DNA of 64,000 nucleotides, from positions 836,634-900,633 of the forward strand of contig CBDDLB010000004.1 of assembly GCA_965230435.1 (NCBI GenBank), in the 5' to 3' direction. Made by a program: the position numbers and the translations under genes. This document shows positions 17,148 to 26,299 of this stretch, piece by piece. Origin of the DNA: Bacteroidales bacterium. Lineage in GTDB: Bacteria; Bacteroidota; Bacteroidia; Bacteroidales; JBDKHP01. Numbering within the stretch: position 1 is the stretch's first letter; every line of letters begins with the position of its first letter. Under the pieces are notes generated by a model that did no database searches, was not told where the DNA came from, and saw only the letters and a program-made list of their open reading frames with translations.

Positions 17148-17348
17148 TTACTCTTTTTCAGCTTTTAATTTACGCGCCCCATATGCTAATCCTGCGAGTA
17201 AAAGTGCAGTTAGCCCACCGTCAATCGGTACTTCTGGGTCAATATCTGGTGGAACAGGTTGTGCTACTGCACTCTCTATAAAACTTGGAAAGAACATAAG
17301 GATTGTCATTATAACTAATATGCCAATTGCTTTTTTCATCTGTTTCAT
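17148..17348 (-). CDS. Mini-protein: signal peptide plus a short Pro/Asp-rich peptide plus a PEP-CTERM-style sorting tail (P-I-D type)
   Basis: MKQMKKAIGILVIMTILMFFPSFIESAVAQ / PVPPDIDPEVPIDGG / LTALLLAGLAYG / ARKLKAEKE. The start could be either ATG (17348 or 17339). The longer TTG-initiated track ORF is unlikely. Confidence 0.55.
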   Translation of the reverse strand: MKQMKKAIGILVIMTILMFFPSFIESAVAQPVPPDIDPEVPIDGGLTALLLAGLAYGARKLKAEKE

Positions 17349-17970
17349 AAATTTACTTCCAATTACCAGATGTAACTCCCAAACCGATTTAATCACCCCT
17401 GTCAATGTATTGAATGACCAAACTAGCTTAGTCGTTTCATTTTCGGAATAGTTCGTTATGGTACTTTTGTCTTAAGATTTTTGAAAGTCTGTAATCACCC
17501 TTGTATTAACTCATTACAATAACCATGCTATAAAAAACATGTCGATGAGATAAGGGGGGTAACTTATATAACTTTCATTTAGGAATGATACGTTATCCTT
17601 TTGTTTTTGTGCCAGATTTCAATGCTATTTTTCTCATACAAAAGTACTTTCATCAATGACTCAACAACAACAAAAAGAGTTGCTTGAGTATTCTGAAAAT
17701 CACTGTTATAAGCCTATAAAAAGGAAGAAAATAAAAAAATCAGAATAATAAAACAACATGCAAACGAAATAACTGGAATCTACAAAACGTAATTCCGGTG
17801 GAATAAGTTCGCTATATGGTAGAAATAAAATTCAGAATGTGGTTTGTGAAGCTGGGAGGGGAGCTGGATTTATAATCTCAGATCTTGTTCTTCTGGATCA
17901 CTTTACTTAAACGGAAGTTCTAAGCAGCAACGAGGCATATGATAAATTCATTTTAACAACTTCATTAGCT

Positions 17971-18000
17971 AAAAAAAAGCTGATCGAAACCGACCAGCTT
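17971..18000 (-). terminator. Rho-independent terminator after the 18010-19572 gene
   Basis: The minus strand reads aagctggtcg-gttt-cgatcagctt followed by tttttttt, 10 nt after the stop codon. Confidence 0.8.
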
Positions 18001-18009
18001 TTTAATACT

Positions 18010-19572
18010 TTATTTGCGCATTGTTGTGATAATCATACGTTTTTCGGTTTTAGCATCCAACCGCTTTTTGGGCTTGAACCCTCTTGTTTTGAACAATACT
18101 TCTTTCAGGTCTTCCACAATGAAATCGTAGCCATACTCTTCTTTTGTAACCAATGGAGTGAATTCTTCTGTTTGTGCATTAAGCTGGAGCGTTTCTACCC
18201 CAAACGGATCTGTACACTCAAACTCTTCAGGTAGTTCTATTACTTTATTAGCATTCGCATTGCTGATGTGGTAATTATCCAAGAGTGATACTTTTTGTCC
18301 ATCGGCAAGGTGATAAATTAGACGTATGTAACAGGCTTTATTAACACGTACGAACACTTTCATCGTTTCGCCTTCTGTAAAGATAAGCCCATCGTTACCT
18401 TTATTTGTTGAAAGGTCTACAATCAGCCCTCCGTTCGGTTTTTTCTCATTGTTGAACTGAACCAATGTTTTGATAGCGTTATCATAATTCGCAGGCTTGT
18501 AGCTGATGTTATTGTTGGTAAAGTAACTTTTGTCGATAGTAGCCTCACTGCTGGCCACAGTTTTTCGGGTCAGCATATCGCGGATGTTGGCTATGATCTT
18601 AATTTTATCGCCCTCTTCCCAATACGTACCTACCATATTGTAATACTCGCTTTCGTCTACATTGTCTATCATAGAAGGTTTGTGTATGGTAACCCTGAGG
18701 TCGTTGGCAGCTAGTTTACTCTCTAAGCTACGGGTAAACCTTTTCGAGAAAATGCTTGCCATCTTTGTGTCCTGAAATGTAAAATTGTTCAAACGGATTT
18801 CTCGTTTTATCGAATCTGCCTGATATTTCAAACCCATTGCAATAAGAAATGCAGCGTCGTCTATCGAAAGATCCTTAGCAGCTTGTAGCGATTTTACCCC
18901 TTTATTGGCTTTCAGTTTCAGGTCGTTTACTTCTTTGAAATATAAATGCGCAGCGTCGGTACTAACCCCCTCGAAGGTCATGATAAGTGTTTGTGCTTCT
19001 TCAATCTCGCGGAAGAGCGGCATACACGAATAATAACTCTTCAAGGCACTCTGGTTGTCATTCTGTTGTAAATAGGTAGATGCATTGTTCAGGTTTTGTT
19101 CGACGCGCGCTTTTTTACTAACTATTTTATTGCGGTAGAGCTTCGAGATTTCTGCTTTTTCTGCATAAGAAAATGCAAAGCCCTGTCTTTTTTTCTTGTC
19201 GAAATAGGTTTCGGTTTTCAGCCCCTGTAATTCGATGTTGGACAACGATACACTCGTGCGGCGAAAGGAGCTGTGTGCCTGCTCGTTCTGTGTCATCATT
19301 TGTGTGGTAGACATACTGCGTATGTTTACTTTTATCGATTCCACCAACTCTGTCCGGGCATCGCTCTGCAACCGGTCTTCAAGCTCATCTGGAACTCCAA
19401 AAGAAGTATAGGCTTCCGAAGCGAAACCTACAACGTATTTGTCTTCTGGAAACATCGATTCACGTTGATCGTATTCAACCCACTTAGGAGCCTTTTTTCT
19501 TTGTGCCATGCTCGGAACCGATACTAAGAGAACGGCTATTAGCAAGGGAAAATTTTTTTTTATTGTATTCAT
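18010..19572 (-). CDS. Secreted protein of unknown function (LPP20-like N-terminal region; DUF4384-like C-terminal region is a weak call)
   Basis: Start trimmed to ATG giving MNTIKKNFPLLIAVLLVSVPSMAQ. No catalytic motifs recognised. Confidence 0.55.
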   Translation of the reverse strand: MNTIKKNFPLLIAVLLVSVPSMAQRKKAPKWVEYDQRESMFPEDKYVVGFASEAYTSFGVPDELEDRLQSDARTELVESIKVNIRSMSTTQMMTQNEQAHSSFRRTSVSLSNIELQGLKTETYFDKKKRQGFAFSYAEKAEISKLYRNKIVSKKARVEQNLNNASTYLQQNDNQSALKSYYSCMPLFREIEEAQTLIMTFEGVSTDAAHLYFKEVNDLKLKANKGVKSLQAAKDLSIDDAAFLIAMGLKYQADSIKREIRLNNFTFQDTKMASIFSKRFTRSLESKLAANDLRVTIHKPSMIDNVDESEYYNMVGTYWEEGDKIKIIANIRDMLTRKTVASSEATIDKSYFTNNNISYKPANYDNAIKTLVQFNNEKKPNGGLIVDLSTNKGNDGLIFTEGETMKVFVRVNKACYIRLIYHLADGQKVSLLDNYHISNANANKVIELPEEFECTDPFGVETLQLNAQTEEFTPLVTKEEYGYDFIVEDLKEVLFKTRGFKPKKRLDAKTEKRMIITTMRK

Positions 19573-20374
19573 TTTGCGAAAGTTATTGATTTGCAAAAAA
19601 GGTCATAGACCTATAACTAATTAACAATGCCGTGTATTTAAATCTTCTGAAGAACCATGTTTTCTTCTTAAGTACGTGGTACTATTTAATTATGATCGCC
19701 ACCGTTCTGCTTCTCAGTATTGCAACAGATTACAAAGTGGCGGTTATATAAACTCATCTGCTTCATAACAAGTTTACAATAAATGGCTTTATCAGTAAAG
19801 CAATTTATTTTTGAAACCAAGATTTCACAGACTGTCTTTTTATCTTTACCTCTAATTCTTAAGCATGTGGTGCTTTTGTTAGGAAAAGCATTGTGCTAAT
19901 TTACAGTGTGTTGACAAGCCTTAAGAGACTTTTATATTGGCACACCCACTTACTTGTGTTATCTAAGTTGAAAATTGTGAGCTTATTAAGCTTGGATGTT
20001 TTAATTTGAAAATGAATATTTTAGGATAAAACAATGCAATTTTAGTGCTCAAAATACAACTCTGATGTTTAGATAAAACTCTGGCATAGGCCTGTGATTA
20101 GTTAAGTTAATTGAACTGGTTATTATAAGCAGTCAGCTATATTTGAATAGATTTGTTGTGTTGTTAAATCACTGATTACTTGAATGTTAAATAAATAAAA
20201 TAGGTTCATGACCTTAAAATCTGTAATGGTTTAGAGATAACTGTTAGGTCTGTTGCACTTCATCCTCCAAAATCTTGTGCATCTTACCAACAATTATTTT
20301 TATACGTTTACTTAAAACGTGCCGTTTGTCATCTTGACACCAACTTAAATTACAATTTGTTAAAACAACTTCAC

Positions 20375-21565
20375 ATGAAAAATCTGCTTCTACCTGTTGT
20401 GGCGTTTGCCTTAAGCTTAATTGTTGCTTGTGGCGGCCCTAAACACGATGGGTTTGTGATAAGTGGGCGTTTCGACAACGCCAAAGCTCACAAAGTATAT
20501 TTGAACAAGGCTATGGGCAACTCTCTCATTGCAGTTGATTCTACCGTTCTTATAAATGATGGAACGTTTTCGTTTAAAGGCACTAATGCCTCAACTTGTT
20601 TCTATATTGTTTCTGTCGTTTCGGAAGACGGAAAAGTTACAAACAATATTCAGCTCCTTGTTGGTCCAAAAGAACAAGTGCAGCTTTCAGGAAACCTTTC
20701 GGGAGCTTTGAAACAGAATTATTTGGTAAGTGGTTCGCCTGAATCGCAAACGATAAAGAAACTACAGGATCATCTGCAAGTTACCATAAAAACAATGGAT
20801 TCTATAGCCACTGTATTCAGAGAAGCAGCAGGTACAGCTCCTATTGACTCAGCCTTGAAATCTCAGCTCGATCTAAAGAACAAACAGACTTATGAGATGC
20901 ACAGGCAATTTAGCAAAAAGCTTATTCAAGACAATGATAGTTCACTGGTTGGTGTTATGGCTCTATTTCAACACCTAAACCGTCATGAGGCCGTTTTCAA
21001 TATTCAGAACGATTTTGAGCTTTATAAAACTGTACTGAAAAAGTTAGCGCCACTGTATCCGGAATCTGAACTTATAAAATCGCTACGGATGATGGTTACT
21101 GCTCAACAAAGGCAACAAGGGGTAGATCGATTGAACAAAGCATCCTTAACAGTTGGTTCTGTTGCGCCAGAGATTGTTCTGCCTGCTCCCGATGGTAAAG
21201 AAATTGCCCTTTCTTCCCTAAGAGGGAAATATGTCCTTCTTGATTTCTGGGCTTCGTGGTGTTCTCCATGCCGCAAAGAAAACCCTACGCTTGTAGATAA
21301 CTTTAAAAAATACAAAAGGAAAGGTTTTAGGATCTATCAGGTATCTTTGGATAAAGAAAAGGAGAAATGGACTGAGGCGATAAAAAAAGACCGTTTAACA
21401 TGGTATCATGTGAGTGACCTGAAGCATTGGAAATCGGACGTTGCGAAATTGTATAATGTCCGTTCTATTCCGTCTAATTTTTTGATTGATCCTGATGGTA
21501 AAATTGTTGGCATAAATCTTCGTGGCGATAGGCTTGGTGAGAAGCTTGGTGAGATTTACAAGTAA
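20375..21565 (+). CDS. TlpA/ResA-like thiol-disulfide oxidoreductase lipoprotein (N-terminal DUF4369-like domain plus thioredoxin fold)
   Basis: Lipobox LSLIVAC. Thioredoxin active site WASWCSPCRKENP. Start trimmed to ATG at 20375. Confidence 0.85.
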   Translation: MKNLLLPVVAFALSLIVACGGPKHDGFVISGRFDNAKAHKVYLNKAMGNSLIAVDSTVLINDGTFSFKGTNASTCFYIVSVVSEDGKVTNNIQLLVGPKEQVQLSGNLSGALKQNYLVSGSPESQTIKKLQDHLQVTIKTMDSIATVFREAAGTAPIDSALKSQLDLKNKQTYEMHRQFSKKLIQDNDSSLVGVMALFQHLNRHEAVFNIQNDFELYKTVLKKLAPLYPESELIKSLRMMVTAQQRQQGVDRLNKASLTVGSVAPEIVLPAPDGKEIALSSLRGKYVLLDFWASWCSPCRKENPTLVDNFKKYKRKGFRIYQVSLDKEKEKWTEAIKKDRLTWYHVSDLKHWKSDVAKLYNVRSIPSNFLIDPDGKIVGINLRGDRLGEKLGEIYK

Positions 21566-21617
21566 TATTCGTAGTTTAAAGAAATCACTAAGGCATGTTA
21601 AAATAAATGATATGCCT

Positions 21618-21650
21618 AACCCTTCTAATGTTTTGAACTTTAGAAGGGTT
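21618..21650 (+). terminator. 11-bp perfect hairpin after the TlpA-like gene (no U-tract)
   Basis: aacccttctaa / ttagaagggtt with an 11-nt loop. Confidence 0.4.
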
Positions 21651-21696
21651 AACAACTAAAATAAAGGCTTCTCGTAACCTCAACCAAAAGCCAATT

Positions 21697-22767
21697 ATGA
21701 ATGCCTACAAAAAGCTCATTGTATTCTACTTCTCTGGAACGGGAAATGCCCTAAGAACAGCAGAATGGATCTGCAAAGAGGCCAAGGAAACAGGACTAGA
21801 AACCCAATTGGTGAATATTGAAAAAGGAACTTTCGATTTTGCATCCATCGACAAACAAAGTTTGATCGGTATCTGTTCACCAACGCACGGTTTCAATCTA
21901 CCTCCTTTGGTAATCGATTTTCTTTTTAAAATACCCAGTCAGAAATCGGTAAAGGCTTTTTTGATAAACACCCGTGGGGGCACCAAACTGGGCCGCTTTT
22001 TTTTGCCAGGACTTAGTGGTGTTGCGCAAATCTTTCCAGCTCTGGTTTTGTGGACAAAAGGCATTAGTGTAGTTGGTTACAGACCTGTTGATCTGCCATC
22101 GAACTGGATATCTCTCCATCCGGGACTTCGGGAAAGGGATGTGGAAAAAATCATTGAACATTGGCACAAAAAAGTTGTTGTTTTTACTCAGCGTACTCTT
22201 TTAGGAAAGAAAACTTACACTGGACTTTACGCGCTTCCAATTGATCTTCTTATCGCTCCTATCTCGATACTTTATTATTTCATTGGAAGGTTTGCCTTAG
22301 CCAAAACATTCGTTGCTACGGATGCATGTACAAACTGTGGCTTTTGTGTTAAAAACTGCCCTGTAAATGCAATTGAAGAGCGAAAAAGCTTGTTCTGGAG
22401 TTATCGCTGCGAAAGCTGTATGCGCTGCATGTGCAACTGTCCGGAAAGGGCTATTGAGACTGCACATGGAATTACTTTTCTGCTCTGGTGGTTAGTTTTT
22501 GGTGTTCTTCCTGCTTTCTTGTTAAGTGTTCTGATAAAAAACGAACTTATCGGATCTGCTGATTCTCCGTTATCGAAACTGATAGAGTTTGCTTTTGTGG
22601 CTGTTGAAATGTTTTTGCTTTTTGGTGCGTATAGCATTATGAATTATCTGATGCGTTTCAAATGGTTCAATCGCCTGATTACTTATACTTCTTTAACGAA
22701 ACTCCGTTTTTGGAATCGATATAAGTTTCCCGCAAAGCTTGCCCGAAATTTTACGAAGAAAAGTTAA
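21697..22767 (+). CDS. Flavodoxin-like / 2x[4Fe-4S] ferredoxin-domain protein with a C-terminal membrane anchor (EFR1-like)
   Basis: N-terminus LIVFYFSGTGNALRTAEW is flavodoxin-like. Two cluster motifs are present, CTNCGFCVKNCP and CESCMRCMCNCP. Hydrophobic helices follow (ITFLLWWLVFGVLPAFLLSVLI, FAFVAVEMFLLFGAYSIM). Confidence 0.7.
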   Translation: MNAYKKLIVFYFSGTGNALRTAEWICKEAKETGLETQLVNIEKGTFDFASIDKQSLIGICSPTHGFNLPPLVIDFLFKIPSQKSVKAFLINTRGGTKLGRFFLPGLSGVAQIFPALVLWTKGISVVGYRPVDLPSNWISLHPGLRERDVEKIIEHWHKKVVVFTQRTLLGKKTYTGLYALPIDLLIAPISILYYFIGRFALAKTFVATDACTNCGFCVKNCPVNAIEERKSLFWSYRCESCMRCMCNCPERAIETAHGITFLLWWLVFGVLPAFLLSVLIKNELIGSADSPLSKLIEFAFVAVEMFLLFGAYSIMNYLMRFKWFNRLITYTSLTKLRFWNRYKFPAKLARNFTKKS

Positions 22768-23013
22768 GGTGAATTTAGTGGAGTGGAAAATCACAGAGTA
22801 ATCTTCGGATGAGATTAATTCCCGTTCAACTTTACTGTTGTGCCTGCTTCGGATGGTACTTGGTTGAGCCCATTGTTTAGGTCTAATGCCCGAAACACTG
22901 ACATGATTGTGTGAATAGGGGTGCTATCCATTCACAATGGTTTCGTTCAAAAACGATCCATGCAAGATTCGTTGCACAGACCGTTTTGTACCTAAAATTG
23001 AAATTCAATATTT

Positions 23014-24324
23014 TTAGTCTAGTTGAAAATTAATAGGAACAGTATACCAAACAGGAACTTTTTTCCCTCTCTGTTTTCCTGGAGTCCAACTTTCAAGTTT
23101 CTGCAAGGCATCTATTGCAGCTTTATCAAGTTCAGGATCAACACCTTTTACAACCGTAAAATTAGACATTGTACCATCAGGTTCTACTATAAAACGAACA
23201 AAAACTCTTCCCTGAACACCTCGCTGAATAGCTCCTTTGGGGTATACTACATTTTTAGCTATTGTTTTCAGTAACTCATTGGGACCTCCCGGGTATTGTG
23301 GCATTTCTTCAACAATTACAAATGGTTGTTCGCCCGATTTGGATACTCCTGGAGTCATTTCGATAGCTTTTTCTGTACGTATTGTCTCTGTTCCATACCC
23401 AACTACTACGACCTCTTCTTTATATTCCTTTTTATCATCTTTTGTTTGCGATTTCTCAGTATCCACCTTTTCTTTATTGCAGGCAAATGCAAAGAAAAGT
23501 CCAATAAGAAGCGAAGCCATAAGGCCAATGTGAGACGACTTTGTTTTTGAAATATTTTGTATCATGATTAATCTCTTTTTTGTAAACTGTTTGTTAAAGA
23601 AGCTTGCCATCTGCAAGCCCTGCTGCCGGTAGGCTGCCGAAACGAGGCTACGGCCATAATCCGCAGGATCTGTTCCTGAAAAAAGAACTTCCTGATCGGC
23701 CAAATATTCGTGCAGTTCTACCAACGCTTGGCGCCATAAATACACCACTGGATTGATCCAAAGCAAAGAAAGTGTAAACTCGGCCACGAGCTTATCGACA
23801 GAGTGCAGCTGTCGGGCATGAGCCATCTCGTGTGTGAGCATTTCAGTATTGTGACGCTGTTTGTGTTGTAAAAAAATGTAATGAAAGAATGAATAGGGCA
23901 GATTTGCATCGGGATCGAAAACCAAGCGATAACCGCTTTGGCTCTCGCTTGGTAACTTTTTAAGTTTTTGTTTCAGCTTGAACACACTGAAACAGACCCT
24001 TAGCATACCTAAAAATGATACTAAAGAATAGAGAATGATCAGCATAACACTGATTGAGAGTTCTGTACCAACTTCTTGAGGCGCTTTTCCGCCAACCACA
24101 ATTTCTTCCAACATGAAACTTATCCGTGGTAACTGTACGTCTGAGCCGCTGAATCCAAAGTCAATCGTATTCAACTTTGGTAACAGAATAGCCAACGGTA
24201 GGCAGGCTAAAAGATAAATACGCTGCAATGTAAAATTCCTGCCCCGTTGTACAGTTAAACGATAAACGGTGTAAAGCAATGAAAAAGCAAGGTTTGCCTC
24301 AAAGAAATACAGAAACTCAGTCAT
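23014..24324 (-). CDS. BlaR1-like M56 peptidase sensor fused to a TonB C-terminal domain (copy 1)
   Basis: HEMAHARQLH zinc motif and four N-terminal TM helices. C-terminal PQYPGGPNELLKTIAKNVVYPKGAIQRGVQGRVFVRFIVEPDGTMSNF is a TonB C-terminal fold. Start trimmed to MTEFLYFFE. Confidence 0.85.
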   Translation of the reverse strand: MTEFLYFFEANLAFSLLYTVYRLTVQRGRNFTLQRIYLLACLPLAILLPKLNTIDFGFSGSDVQLPRISFMLEEIVVGGKAPQEVGTELSISVMLIILYSLVSFLGMLRVCFSVFKLKQKLKKLPSESQSGYRLVFDPDANLPYSFFHYIFLQHKQRHNTEMLTHEMAHARQLHSVDKLVAEFTLSLLWINPVVYLWRQALVELHEYLADQEVLFSGTDPADYGRSLVSAAYRQQGLQMASFFNKQFTKKRLIMIQNISKTKSSHIGLMASLLIGLFFAFACNKEKVDTEKSQTKDDKKEYKEEVVVVGYGTETIRTEKAIEMTPGVSKSGEQPFVIVEEMPQYPGGPNELLKTIAKNVVYPKGAIQRGVQGRVFVRFIVEPDGTMSNFTVVKGVDPELDKAAIDALQKLESWTPGKQRGKKVPVWYTVPINFQLD

Positions 24325-24334
24325 CTTCTTCTCC

Positions 24335-24423
24335 TTTCTTTTTTTCAATCTGCTCGTCGAGCATTTCGCGTAACGATTCCAAATCGCTTAGGTTCATATC
24401 TTTTTCTTTCATTAAGAAAGAGA
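24335..24423 (-). pseudogene. Orphan 3' fragment of blaI carried along by the duplication
   Basis: Translates to ...MKEKDMNLSDLESLREMLDEQIEKKKKGEEDD*. This is nearly identical to the C-terminus of the intact blaI at 25900-26286, but the body of the gene is missing. Confidence 0.8.
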
Positions 24424-24569
24424 GGGGTGTTGGTCGGTTTTAATGCTCGAAAACGCAGAGATAATTATAAAAATAGGGGGAGCAACGCCTTATTCATGCT
24501 AATTCTATTCAAAAACGATCCATGCAGAATCGCCTGCACAAACCGTTTTGTATCTAAAATTGAAGTTCA

Positions 24570-25907
24570 TTACTTTTGCTGTAAAGTGAAATTAACTGGA
24601 ACGGTGAAATATACAGGAACTGCTTTTCCCCGTTGATATCCTGGAGTCCATCTGCCTAACGTCTTAATTGCATCAATAGCTGCTTGACTTAATTCCGGAT
24701 CAGTTTCTCTTACTGCCTCGAAACTAGACATTGTGCCATCTGCTTCTACCACAAAACGAATATAAACACGTCCTTCTATACCTTTTGCCATGGCTCCCGC
24801 TGGATATTTCACATTCTTTGCAATGATCCTAAGAAGCTCCTTTGCCCCTCCTGGATATTGTGGCATTTTTTCAACAATTATAAATGGAGACTCACCATAC
24901 TCCCTTTCAACAACTTCTTTTTGCTCTGATGTTACCACCTGCTTTTCCTCGCGACTAATAGTTTTCTTTTTTCCATAACCGACAACGTGAATTTCATCCG
25001 TAATTGCCACATTCTTAGATGGAATGGAACTATTGTCAACTGTATCTACCTCTTCTTTATTGCAGGCAAAAGCAATAAAAAGCCCGATAAGGAGCGTAGC
25101 CATAAGGCCAATGTGAGACGACTTTGTTTTTGAAATATTTTGTATCATGATTAATCTCTTTTTTGTAAACTGTTTGTTAAAGAAGCTTGCCATCTGCAAG
25201 CCCTGCTGCCGGTAGGCGGCCGAAACAAGGCTACGGCCATAGTCCGCAGGATCTGTTCCCGAAAGAAGAACTTCCTGATCGGCCAAATATTCGTGCAGTT
25301 CTACCAAAGCTTGGCGCCATAAATACACCACCGGATTGATCCAAAGCAAAGAAAGTGTAAACTCGGCCACGAGCTTATCGACAGAGTGCAGCTGTCGGGC
25401 ATGAGCCATCTCGTGTGTGAGCATTTCAGTATTGTGACGCTGTTTGTGTTGTAAAAAAATGTAATGAAAGAACGAATAAGGAAGATTTGCATCGGGATCG
25501 AAAACCAAGCGATAACCGTTTTGGCTCTCGCTTGGTAACTTTCTAAGTTTTTGTTTCAGCTTGAACACACTGAAACAGACCCTTAGCATACCTAAAAATG
25601 ATACTAAAGAATAGAGGATGATCAGTATAATACTGATTGAGAGTTCTGTACCAACTTCTTGAGGCGCTTTTCCGCCAACCACAATTTCTTCCAACATGAA
25701 ACTTATCTGTGGTAATTGCACGTCTGAGCCGCTGAATCCAAAGTCAATCGTATTCAACTTTGGTAACAGAATAGCCAACGGGAGGCAGGCTAAAAGATAA
25801 ATACGCTGCAATGTAAAATTCCTGCCCCGTCGTACAGTTAAACGATAAACGGTGTAAAGCAATGCAAAAGCAAGGTTTGCCTCAATGAAATACAGAAACT
25901 CAGTCAT
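24570..25907 (-). CDS. BlaR1-like M56 peptidase sensor fused to a TonB C-terminal domain (copy 2)
   Basis: Same HEMAHARQLH motif. C-terminal PQYPGGAKELLRIIAKNVKYPAGAMAKGIEGRVYIRFVVEADGTMSSF. Overlaps the blaI stop by 8 nt. Confidence 0.88.
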   Translation of the reverse strand: MTEFLYFIEANLAFALLYTVYRLTVRRGRNFTLQRIYLLACLPLAILLPKLNTIDFGFSGSDVQLPQISFMLEEIVVGGKAPQEVGTELSISIILIILYSLVSFLGMLRVCFSVFKLKQKLRKLPSESQNGYRLVFDPDANLPYSFFHYIFLQHKQRHNTEMLTHEMAHARQLHSVDKLVAEFTLSLLWINPVVYLWRQALVELHEYLADQEVLLSGTDPADYGRSLVSAAYRQQGLQMASFFNKQFTKKRLIMIQNISKTKSSHIGLMATLLIGLFIAFACNKEEVDTVDNSSIPSKNVAITDEIHVVGYGKKKTISREEKQVVTSEQKEVVEREYGESPFIIVEKMPQYPGGAKELLRIIAKNVKYPAGAMAKGIEGRVYIRFVVEADGTMSSFEAVRETDPELSQAAIDAIKTLGRWTPGYQRGKAVPVYFTVPVNFTLQQK

Positions 25908-26286
25908 CTTCTTCTCCTTTCTTTTTTTCGATCTGCTCGTCGAGCATTTCGCGTAGCGATTCCAAATCGCTTAGGTTCATATCTTTTTCTTTCATAAAGA
26001 AAGAGAACACTGCGCTTCTTGAGCCTTCGTAAAAATTATTGACCCATTTGCGCAAAAGACCCTTCGAATACTCAGCTTTGGCAACTGTTGGGTAATACTC
26101 GCGCAATTTGCCGTGAGCATTGTACGCAATAACCCCTTTGTCTACCAAAACCTTTATCACAGTCGCAACTGTGGTATAGGCCGGTCGTGGTTCTGGAAAC
26201 TGAGAGATAATATCTTTCATGTATCCTTTTTCGATGCGCCACAGGTACTGCATTACCTGTTCCTCTGCTTTGGTCAATTCTTTCAT
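25900..26286 (-). CDS. BlaI/MecI/CopY-family winged-helix transcriptional repressor
   Basis: 128 aa. LTKAEEQVMQYLWRIEKGYMKDIISQFPEPRPAYTTVATVIKVLVDKG is typical of the family and sits directly upstream of blaR1. Confidence 0.88.
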   Translation of the reverse strand: MKELTKAEEQVMQYLWRIEKGYMKDIISQFPEPRPAYTTVATVIKVLVDKGVIAYNAHGKLREYYPTVAKAEYSKGLLRKWVNNFYEGSRSAVFSFFMKEKDMNLSDLESLREMLDEQIEKKKGEEDD

Positions 26287-26299
26287 GTTTCAAACTTAC

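Larger units (their letters stand above)
22946..26006. repeat. Tandem segmental duplication (two ~1.5-kb units: 22946-24423 and 24508-26006)
   Basis: Each unit holds a ~65-nt 3' flank, a blaR1-TonB gene and the last ~90 nt of blaI. The 5' two-thirds of the genes are near-identical; the 3' thirds are strongly diverged. Confidence 0.9.

Noticed and set aside
24325-24348. Extended start MKKRKEKK of the downstream blaR1-TonB copy
   Set aside because: These codons are read out of the orphan blaI 3' fragment. The paralog starts at MTEFLYF, and the same ATG is present here.
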